A stretch of DNA of 31,838 nucleotides from Bradymonadaceae bacterium (lineage in GTDB: Bacteria > Myxococcota_A > Bradymonadia > Bradymonadales > Bradymonadaceae), in assembly GCA_042218355.1 (NCBI GenBank), contig JBDGRG010000057.1:6283-38120 (forward strand), read 5' to 3'. The position numbers and the translations under genes were made by a program. The notes below the pieces were generated by a model. That model was not told the DNA's origin and searched no databases. It saw only the letters and a program-made list of their open reading frames with translations. Positions 1 through 8,700 of this stretch are shown here, piece by piece (within the stretch, counting starts at the first letter, position 1; each line of letters opens with the position of its first letter).

Positions 1-66
1 TGCTACGACGAACGCGACCGCGACAGAGGTCGTCACCGGCCGCACGTCTCGACATCTTCTGCTCAT
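1..66 (-). CDS. 5' end of a gene running off the left edge; N-terminus resembles a signal peptide (partial)
   Basis: ATG at 66-64 preceded by GAGGGG; reads MSRRCRDVRPVTTSVAVAFVVA with no stop before the window edge (basic, then hydrophobic). Only 22 codons are visible. Confidence 0.35.
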   Translation of the reverse strand, partial: MSRRCRDVRPVTTSVAVAFVVA

Positions 67-189
67 CGCAGTTACCCCTCGAACACTCGGACTGGAGTCG
101 AAATCGGTCGGTATGTCCGTCTCGGTCGGCTCCGCGGAACCGCCACCGCGGAATGCCGGCGGACCGGCGTCTGTTCACCCGTCCCGTGC

Positions 190-219
190 GTACTAGGTCA
201 GTGGGGATTCCACTGTCAA
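190..219 (-). promoter_or_regulatory. Candidate leftward sigma70-type promoter overlapped by an inverted repeat
   Basis: Perfect TTGACA on the minus strand at 219-214, but only a weak -10 (CTAGTA or TAGTAC) at 17-18 nt. CAGTGG-N5-CCACTG palindrome at 199-215 lies in the spacer. Confidence 0.3.
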
Positions 220-563
220 CGAGCCGGGGCAGCAATCCGCACTGGCTCACCCCGACCAGCGACGGCCGCCGGACACCGGGCCCGACCCGCGTCGCGTTCC
301 GCACAGGCCGCACCTACCGTTTCGAACCCGATCACGCAGATCAAATCGAACCGCCGACGGCGCCGGTCGGTCGGCCCCTCCCATGTCTATGATCGTCGAT
401 TCGACCTCGAGCGTTGCGTCGAATCTTCCGACGAGAGCGACTCGCCCCCCGGTCGCCGGCCTTCTTCGATCCGCAGAGGGAGAACCCTCGGCGCTCGTTT
501 GAGCGAGTCGAGCAACTGCGCTACACGCCCGATGCCCGAGTCCGCCTCCAACCGAGGAGATCG

Positions 564-1586
564 ATGCAGACGCCGATCGCCGCTCTCCCGTTCTGGAAAT
601 TCGGCCCCTGGACGCCCATCCCCGGCCTCGACTGGCTGAAATTCCATTCGTTCGGGATGTTCGTCGCCATCGGTCTGATCGTCTGTCTGGCGGCGGCGAC
701 GCGTCGAGGGGAACGGAAACTCGGGATGGACGGCATCGAGGTCCAGGACTTCGGCATCATCCTGATCGTCGTCGGCTGGATCTTCGCGCACATCTTCAAC
801 GTCCTGTTCTACACCCCGGGGAAGATCCTCGAGAATCCGCTCGTCCTGCTGAATCCCTTCGGCTCGATCTCCAGCTACGGCGGTCTACTCGGGGGTATCA
901 TCGGCCTGTGGATCTGGCATTTTCGCAATCCCGACAAGGACGTCCTGCTGTGGACCGACCATGCGGTCTGGACGTTGACCTTCGCCTGGTTCTTCGGACG
1001 GGTCGGCTGCACGTCGGTCCACGATCATCTCGGTGTGCAGGCTCCGGCGTGGTTCCCGCTGGCCTTCGACGTCCCCGCCCGATGGGGGGGAGCCATCCGA
1101 TTCGATCTGGGCTTTCTGGAGGCGATCTGGTGGCTGGTCATCGTCGCAACCGTCGTACTTCTGGATCGGCGTCCCCGGAAGAGGGGCTTCTTCATGGCCA
1201 TCGTCCCTCTGATGTACGCCCCCGTTCGATTCGTGCTCGACTTCCTTCGGCTCTGGCCGCTCCCCGACGGCGACGGATACGACGTCCCGGCACACGCGCA
1301 GTACGTCCTCGATCTCTTCGACACGCACCCCGAGAGCCTCGTCTCCTATCAGGGAAAACTCTATCGAGTGACGCCCGACGCCCTGGCCGCCGGCGAGATC
1401 CCGGAAAAGGTGCTTCTGTACGGTGAAGCCTGGTTCGCCGATACGCGCTACCTGGGATTCACCCCCGCTCAGTTTCTCTCGATGGTACTCTTCGGCTTCG
1501 GCATCTACATGACCGTCCGGATCCAGGACGAAGAGACGGTCGAATGGGAGGAGTTCGACCCCGAGGACCGCGACGCCCCCGAGTGA
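564..1586 (+). CDS. lgt: Prolipoprotein diacylglyceryl transferase (Lgt family)
   Basis: Multi-TM protein with motifs HSFGMFVAIG, SSYGGLLGG, GRVGC, RFVLDFLR and GFTPAQFLS. Start moved from ORF-track 414 to the ATG at 564, which follows GAGGAG (554-559). Confidence 0.85.
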   Translation: MQTPIAALPFWKFGPWTPIPGLDWLKFHSFGMFVAIGLIVCLAAATRRGERKLGMDGIEVQDFGIILIVVGWIFAHIFNVLFYTPGKILENPLVLLNPFGSISSYGGLLGGIIGLWIWHFRNPDKDVLLWTDHAVWTLTFAWFFGRVGCTSVHDHLGVQAPAWFPLAFDVPARWGGAIRFDLGFLEAIWWLVIVATVVLLDRRPRKRGFFMAIVPLMYAPVRFVLDFLRLWPLPDGDGYDVPAHAQYVLDLFDTHPESLVSYQGKLYRVTPDALAAGEIPEKVLLYGEAWFADTRYLGFTPAQFLSMVLFGFGIYMTVRIQDEETVEWEEFDPEDRDAPE

Positions 1587-1651
1587 GGATGCGAGGAGCC
1601 GGCCGGGCGTCTCCCGCAGCTACTCGCCGGCCGAGCAACCGGTCCAGGGGG

Positions 1652-2542
1652 TCAATTCTGGAGCAGATCGTCGTCGAGCTTCTCGGAGAGATAGTCCCGC
1701 AGCTCCGGCCCCAGGTCGTGCCGCCTCAGCGCGTGGGCGATGTTTGCGGTCAGGAACCCGAGCTTGTCGCCGATGTCGTGCCGCATGCCGTGAAACTCGT
1801 AGCCCACCAGTGCACGTTCGCGAGCGAGTTCGGCGAGTGCATCCGTCAGCTGGATCTCCCCGGTTTCGTCGGGCGTCGCGTCGGCCAGATACTCGAAGAT
1901 CACCGGGGGCAGTAGATACCGGCCGATGATCGCGTGATTCGACGGAGCGACCTCGGGATCGGGTTTCTCGACCAGCGTCCGCACGCGGTACAGATCCTCC
2001 GCCCATGACTCGCCGCCGACGATGCCGTAGCTGGAGACGTCTTCCGAGGGGACCTCCATCACACTGACCACGCCCTGGCCGTACTGCTCGTAGATCTCCA
2101 GCATCTGCTCGGAGACCGGCGGGTCGGCGGTGATGATGTCGTCGGGGAGTAGCACCATGAATGGCTCGTCCCCGACGACGTCGCGGGCACAGTAGACTGC
2201 GTGGCCCAGTCCGAGTGGTTTCTTCTGCCGCACGGAGATGGTTCGGATCATGCTGCTGATCTTCCGAACCGTCTCGAGCTTGTCGTACTTGCCCTGCTCC
2301 TCGAGCAGCTTCTCGAGTTCGTAGTAGTAGTCGAAGTGATCCTCGATGCCCCCCTTCCCGCGGCCGGTGATGAAGATGACCTCTTCGATGCCGGAGTCGA
2401 TGCACTCCTCGACGATCACCTGAATCGCCGGGATGTCGACGACCGGCAGCAGTTCCTTCGGGACCGACTTGGTGACCGGCAGCAGGCGAGTGCCGAAGCC
2501 GGCGACGGGAATGACCGCTTTGCGGACCTCTCTGGTCTCCAT
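1652..2542 (-). CDS. galU: UTP--glucose-1-phosphate uridylyltransferase
   Basis: KAVIPVAGFGTRLLPVTKSVPKELLPVVD, QKKPLGLGHAV, VEKP, GRYLL and GEIQLTDAL motifs; 296 aa. Confidence 0.96.
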   Translation of the reverse strand: METREVRKAVIPVAGFGTRLLPVTKSVPKELLPVVDIPAIQVIVEECIDSGIEEVIFITGRGKGGIEDHFDYYYELEKLLEEQGKYDKLETVRKISSMIRTISVRQKKPLGLGHAVYCARDVVGDEPFMVLLPDDIITADPPVSEQMLEIYEQYGQGVVSVMEVPSEDVSSYGIVGGESWAEDLYRVRTLVEKPDPEVAPSNHAIIGRYLLPPVIFEYLADATPDETGEIQLTDALAELARERALVGYEFHGMRHDIGDKLGFLTANIAHALRRHDLGPELRDYLSEKLDDDLLQN

Positions 2543-2990
2543 CCGTCAGACTCCTCCGCAGATTGCGAGTAGGTCGAGTCGACCATCCATACGTGCCCGC
2601 GAGCATAACTCAGCAGGCACGGAGGTAAAGACGGCACTCGCTCCCGGAGGGAGGGGGACCGCGGGTCGGATCGACGTCTCCGTGGGGGCGGACGCGACGA
2701 ACGTCGCTGAACGAGCGTGGGCAGAGTACCCGGCTCCGGGCGGGCGCTGGCTCCCACTGCGCTGGAGGCCGGTTACGTTTCAAATCGCCGGAGCGGTGGG
2801 CTGGAAGCTCCGCGCACCGAGACGTCGCGTGCGCCGGATGATTTGTGAATCCGCATGGCGCCCACCGTGCCATGGGGTCCCGGAGGAGTCGTCTCGACCC
2901 GCATGGAGCGCGTCCGACGCTTCTCACAGCCCGGCAGCGACATCGCCGCCGGGTTGCCGACCGGGCCCCGGGGCTGCCGAGCACTCCGGA

Positions 2991-3866
2991 TCAGGTCAAC
3001 TCGAGATCGACGAAAACGACCGGGGCGGCCGGCTCGGTGTACTCGACCATCGCGCGCTGGTCGAACTCGTCGGCCGCGTCGTAGACTCGGCGCTCGAAGT
3101 CGTCGACGTCGTCGGTCTCGACCAGGAAGGTCGCCCGGACCAACTCGCGCTCGTCTCGGCAGCGCCGCTCTCGTTCGTCGCGGGGAATCTCCCCCAGGGC
3201 ATCGGCGAGCGTATCGGCGTAATCACGCCGCACGTCGTCGAGCACGGCTTCGAATTGGCGGCCGAGTTTGGCCAGGGTGGTTCGGGACGGACTCCCCGGG
3301 TCGCGACGCGTCCGCTCGCGGAGCGTCCGCAGGTCCGCGTACTCCTCGGCGAGGTCGTCGAAGACGTGCTCGCTGTCCCATTTGACGAGGAGTTCGATCT
3401 GCCGAGCACGACCGAGTCGGTCGAGCGCATCGAGGATCGCATCCTCGTGGCGTTCGAGTGCATCGCGAACCCCGGCCGGCCCGTCGAACGCCCGCACTCC
3501 CGACAGGGGAATCAGCGAGACGTGTCGTTGGAGCCCCGTGCAGACACCCACCCTGCGAGGCTCGACCGACGCCGGCGCGACCAGCGCCGTCAGACCGCGC
3601 CCTGCCACCGTCGCGAGGGCCTCCCGACGATCCGGCTCGAACTCCGTACGCAGGGCCTCTCGCACTCGGGGCTCGGCCGCGCCCGTCACCGCCTCCAGGC
3701 GCGCGCTCCGCTCGAAGTAGGGGGGCTGCTCCCGCCTCTCCCGCTGCTTCAACGACTCGGCTTCCAACACGGTGCACCTCACTCGGTTCGGATCGCATTC
3801 GAAATCTCGGGGTCGACGCCCGACTGCGGACAGACTCCCGACGGCTCCACCCCTTGTGATGAGCAA
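2991..3866 (-). CDS. GvpL/GvpF-family gas vesicle protein-like (divergent; start uncertain)
   Basis: Central VRDALERHEDAILDALDRLG...LLVKWD segment, ATFLVE...FERRV, and C-terminal YTEPAAPVVFVDLEL, which resembles the family's GPWAPYNFV motif. The N-terminal ~75 aa do not align by eye, and the track start is TTG. Confidence 0.7.
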   Translation of the reverse strand: MLITRGGAVGSLSAVGRRPRDFECDPNRVRCTVLEAESLKQRERREQPPYFERSARLEAVTGAAEPRVREALRTEFEPDRREALATVAGRGLTALVAPASVEPRRVGVCTGLQRHVSLIPLSGVRAFDGPAGVRDALERHEDAILDALDRLGRARQIELLVKWDSEHVFDDLAEEYADLRTLRERTRRDPGSPSRTTLAKLGRQFEAVLDDVRRDYADTLADALGEIPRDERERRCRDERELVRATFLVETDDVDDFERRVYDAADEFDQRAMVEYTEPAAPVVFVDLELT

Positions 3867-4221
3867 GGATCGTGCCTACTCCGAAACTCCAGCGGGTTCT
3901 CCTTTCTCCCGGGAGCGCACCGGCCGTCCCGGGCCGACGGATGCATCCGAGTTTGGATCGAGATCCAAAAACATCCATCGGATCCCAAACTCGCTCCGTC
4001 GTCGCTGATTCGTGTGTCACGAGGCGGGCCGAGACTCGGCGAGCCGATGTATGAGAGGTCACCGCCGTCAAGCGCAGGCGATGCCGCAGGCATCGTCGAG
4101 GATTGACGGCAAAGAACTCGTGCAAATCAGCCGGCCATGGCGATGTGGAGACTTTTTACACACGCATCGATCGTTCGTCGGGACGATCGACAGGCCGCGA
4201 CGGCGCGAAGACTCGAACGCT

Positions 4222-5667
4222 CTACGTGCCGGATTCGTCCAGTCCGTACTCCTTCACCTTGTTGTAGATGGTCTTGTAGTTGACCTCGAGACGGCGCGCG
4301 GTCTCGGCCATGTTCCCGTCGGTCTTTTGGAGGACGTCGGCGATGACCCGGCGTTCGACCGCCTCCTTGTGGTTCTTGACGACCTCCTTCAACGACATGT
4401 CCTCGGCGTTCACGGCCCCGGGGTCGACGGCTCGCTCCCGCTGGCGATCCGTTCGGCTGTCGCCGGCTCCCCCGACGTCGAGGTCCTCGCAGCGGACCCT
4501 CTCTCCGTCACACGCGAGCACGGCCCGCCGGACGTAGTTCCGCAGTTCGCGGACGTTTCCCGGCCAATCGTGTGCTTCCAGCGCGTCGAGGGCTCCGCTG
4601 GAGAACTCCGGGGGTGGGCGGTGGAGCTTCTGGCTGGTCTCGCGGGCAAACTTGCGGGCGAGATGGGGAACGTCCTCCATCCGCTCGCGAAGCGGCGGCA
4701 CCTCGATGACGTATTCGGCGATCCGGTAGTAGAGGTCGTCGCGAAACTCGTCGAGCGACTGCACGTCGGTATTCGACGCCGCGACGACGCGCGTGTCGAC
4801 CTCGATCTCCTCGGTCCCCCCGACTCGATAGAAGCTCCCCTGTTCGAGGACTCGCAGCAGAGTCCCCTGGAGCTTGGTCGACATCGTCGAGATCTCGTCG
4901 AGAAACAGCGTCCCGTCCGAGGCGCGTGAGAACTTGCCGTCCCGGTCGCGCGTGGCGCCGGCAAACGCACCCTCCTCGTGGCCGAACAGCTCACTCTCGA
5001 TGATCGAGTCGGCGACCGCCCCGCAGTCGACCGGGACGAACTCCCGCCCCGCTCGGGCGCTGTGTCCGTGGATCGCACGGGCGACCAGTTCCTTGCCGAC
5101 CCCGGTCTCGCCGACGATCAGAACGGTGAAATCCGTCGGGGCCACCTCGCGGACGTCCTCGGCCAGCGAGGCGACCGCGGCACTGGGTCCCATCTCTTCG
5201 CGCAGCGACTCGGCGGCGGCCCGACCTCCCTCGTCACCGTGATCGGAGACGAGATCCGGCTCGAGCCGCGGCGCCTCCCCGTCTCCGCCCAGTTGCCGGA
5301 CGACGCTTTCGAGCACCGAGCGGGGTTCGGACTCCTCGAGCGCGGGCACCGAGGAGGTCGACTCGACGAATTCCGCAAGACGGTCGAGGGCCGTCACGAC
5401 GACGAAGGCCACCCGTTCGACGATGCCGTTCTGGCCGTAGATCCGGCGGCGCAGCTCGGGGTCGAGCTTGCGATCGAGGAGGACAATTTCGAGATGTTGG
5501 TCGACGTCCAGGAGATCGTCGGAGGAGTCCTGGACCTCCATCACGCGCCCGACACCACAGCGGTGTTCCAGAAACTTCCGCAGCCGATTGCGGACATCGC
5601 GGTCGGCTCCGCAGACGACCGCCGAACCGACTCCGCTCTTCGTTCGACGCTGACTGCGTCCGGCCAT
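4222..5667 (-). CDS. NtrC/Fis-family AAA+ enhancer-binding-type regulator with a degenerate N-terminal domain and C-terminal HTH
   Basis: GETGVGKE (Walker A), ESELFGHEEGAFAGA, TLFLDEI (Walker B), FRDDLYYRI, WPGNVREL, HTH GNMAETARRLEVNYKTIYNKVKEYGL. Start placed at ATG 5667; the track start at 5787 overlaps the PKS. Confidence 0.92.
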   Translation of the reverse strand: MAGRSQRRTKSGVGSAVVCGADRDVRNRLRKFLEHRCGVGRVMEVQDSSDDLLDVDQHLEIVLLDRKLDPELRRRIYGQNGIVERVAFVVVTALDRLAEFVESTSSVPALEESEPRSVLESVVRQLGGDGEAPRLEPDLVSDHGDEGGRAAAESLREEMGPSAAVASLAEDVREVAPTDFTVLIVGETGVGKELVARAIHGHSARAGREFVPVDCGAVADSIIESELFGHEEGAFAGATRDRDGKFSRASDGTLFLDEISTMSTKLQGTLLRVLEQGSFYRVGGTEEIEVDTRVVAASNTDVQSLDEFRDDLYYRIAEYVIEVPPLRERMEDVPHLARKFARETSQKLHRPPPEFSSGALDALEAHDWPGNVRELRNYVRRAVLACDGERVRCEDLDVGGAGDSRTDRQRERAVDPGAVNAEDMSLKEVVKNHKEAVERRVIADVLQKTDGNMAETARRLEVNYKTIYNKVKEYGLDESGT

Positions 5668-5773
5668 CGGGGAGTCCCCGTCGTGGTCACACGAACCTGA
5701 CTCCGACTCCGGCCACCACCTTAACGATGCCGACCGCCCCGGCCATTTTTTTGAACGATCAGCAGCCGTCCAA

Positions 5774-8700
5774 TCATCCTCCAGCATTCGAAATCGACGC
5801 GAGCTCCCGGGAGAGAGCTCGCAGATCGTCCGCGTCGCGTATCATCGCATCGGACAACTCGACGTCGAGCGTCTGTTCGAGCCGCACGCGCAGCTCGACG
5901 ATCGTCAGCGAATCGAGCCCCATCCGAGGCAGGGACTTCTCGAGGCTGAGCTTCGACGGCGCGACTCCCAGGACGTCGCCGACCTGCTCGCGGACGAATT
6001 CCAGTATCGCCTCGTCGCGCTCGCCCTCGGAGGCGGACGCGATGCGCTCTCGCCACTGTCCGCGATCCGCACCGCCCTCTCCCTCGTCGGCGTCGGGCAG
6101 CAGATGGGTGACCATCGGCGCCGAGGACATCCCCGGATTGGCCTCCGCCCAGCGCCCCCAGTCGGCGCGGAAGATCCCGATCTGTGGGGGCGTCTCGTGG
6201 AGCAGTGCCCGCTCGAGTGCGTCGATCCCTTCGCTCGGCCCGATCCGTTCGAGCCCCCGTGACTCGAGTCGCTCCCCCCGCTCCTCCCGGCTCGCCGCCA
6301 ACCCGACCTCCGCCCAGTTGCCCCAGTCGATGCTCACGGCCGGTCGTCCGGCCGCGCGGCGTCGAACCGCCAGCGCGTCGAGATACGTGCTGGCGGCGGC
6401 GTAGTTCGCCTGCCCGGGCGAGCCGAGCAGACCGGCCGCCGACGAGAAGAGCACGAAGTGGTCGACCGACTCCTCACGCGCCTCGAGAGTCCGGTGCAGC
6501 TGGAGCGCGCCCGCCGACTTGGGTCCCATCGCCCGCTGAAACGTCTCCCGGGTCTGGTTGTCGATCGTCGCGTCGGCCAACACCGCAGCGAGGTGGAACA
6601 CGCCGCACAGTTCGAACCCGCCCCTCCTCGCGACGTCGTAGGCCCGCTCCACGTCGTCCCGATCCGTGACGTCCCCCCGGACGACCTCGACCTCCGAGCC
6701 ACGGCGCCGAAACGCCTCGAGCCGGTCCTCGTCCTCCGGGTCGGCCCCGCTGCGGGACATCAACACCAGCCTCCCCGCCCCGCGGTCGACCATCCAGTCG
6801 GCGACCTCCAGGCCCAGCCCTCCCGTCCCGCCGGTGATGAGATACGCACCGGCACCGTCGAAGAGGTCGTCGGGGTCCATGGGGCGCTCGACGTCGACCT
6901 CTCCCACGTCCGTCTCGACGACGATCTTGCCGATGTGTTCGCCCCTCGACATGTATCGGAACGCCCGTCCGACCTCGTCGACCGGGAACCGACGGTCGAC
7001 CGGCAGGGCACTCAGCCCCCCCACCCCCTGTTCGAACAGGGGCGCCATCTCGTCCCACATCGACGCCACCAGATCGGGTCCGTGGGCTGCCACGCGGGTC
7101 AGCTCGATGCCGACGTAGGCGACATTGCGGTCGAAGCGGTCGAGATCGAGGGTCCCTTCCTCGAACATCGCCGACTTCGTCAGATCGAGAAATCGACCGA
7201 ACGGACCCAGCAACTCCAGGCCGGCCGTCATCAACTCGTCGGTCAGCGAGTTCAGAACCAGATCGACGCCCTCCCCGCCGGTCCACTCCCGCACGTCGTC
7301 GACGAAGGCCCGGGACCGGGAGTCGCTGACGCCGATCAGGTCGAACGATTCCTCGAGGTACTCGCGTTTGCGCTCGGTCCCCGCGGTGGCGACGGCCTCG
7401 GCTCCGAACGCCCGCACGATCTGCAGCGCGGCGTGGCCGACGCCGCCCGACGCCGAATGCACGAGCACGGTCTCGCCCTCGCCCAGCCGCCCCTCGACGA
7501 CCAGGGCGTACCAGGCAGTCAAAAAGGCCGTCGGGATCGTCGCAGCCTCCACGAACGACTGATCCCCCGGGATCGAAGCGGCCAGCCTGGCATCGAGGGT
7601 AGCGTAACCGCCGAAGCACCGCGCGGTCGGCCCGATGGCCACGGCGCGGTCGCCCGGCTCGAACCGGTCGACTGCCTCTCCGACCCGAACAACCCGACCC
7701 GTACATCCGTAACCGAGCCGGCCGATGCCCGTGTCGGTCTCCTCGAGCGCCCCGATCGCGCTGACCACGTCCGCAAAGTTCACCCCTGCCGCCCGGACGT
7801 CGAGCTCGACCTCGGTCGCCTGGGGGCGACGTCGCTCGGCGGGCCGCAGCCCGATCTCCTCCAGACCGCCGCTCCGGCTGCGCTCGAGTGCGAACGCCTC
7901 GCCGGTGTCGATGGTCTCCGCCGCCATCCGGCGGTCCGCAGCCGCCAGCCCGAACCGCCCCAGCCGCAACGCATATCGATCCCCGCCGCGCACGGCGACC
8001 TCGCTCTCGGCGGTCCGTGCGACGAACTCCCGGACCGTCGCATCCAATTCGCGCGCCGGCGGGGGCTCGGAGAGATCGATCGTCGTCGGTTCGAGTGCGG
8101 GCGCCTCGTTGCGGAGCACGCGCATCAGCCCCTCGATCGCTCCGCTACCCGCGCCGCCCCCCTCCGGGCATTCGACCGTCCCCGCCGTGCTCGCCCGTCG
8201 TCCCGTCGTCAGCGCCCACAGGCGGGTCGGCCCCGAGACCTCGTCGCTCTTCAGCCGGCGGGCCAGCTCGACCACCTCGACCGCCTCGTCGACGACTCGC
8301 TCGAACGAGTGATCGGCGAGATCCGACCCCCAGTCGCAACTTCGGGCGTAGACGACCCCCTCGACCGGCGGCCCTCCATCGGCGCCGGGCGGCGGATCGA
8401 TCGGGGCAGCCCGGGCTCCGACCGATTCCGCACTGGACCGGCTGGCGCCCAGCCGGGAGGGCTCGTCTCCGGGTCCGATCCGCACGCAGTCCGCCCCCAG
8501 CGCCTCGAGCCGCTCGACCAGACGACCGGCGATCCCGTCCCGGTCGTCCAGGACGATCCAGGTCCCCTCGAGCACGGCCGAAACGTCCTCGTCGAGCGCC
8601 CGCACCCGCCGCCAGGCCGTCTCGTAGAACAGCTCCCGGACGCCCTCCGACTCCTCCTGCCCCTCGACGCGGCGCACGCGCAGCCCCTCGATCTCGGCGA

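Noticed and set aside
2433-4106. 557-aa plus-strand ORF
   Set aside because: Overlaps galU and the GvpL/F-like gene on the opposite strand; Arg/Pro/Ser-rich with no motifs.
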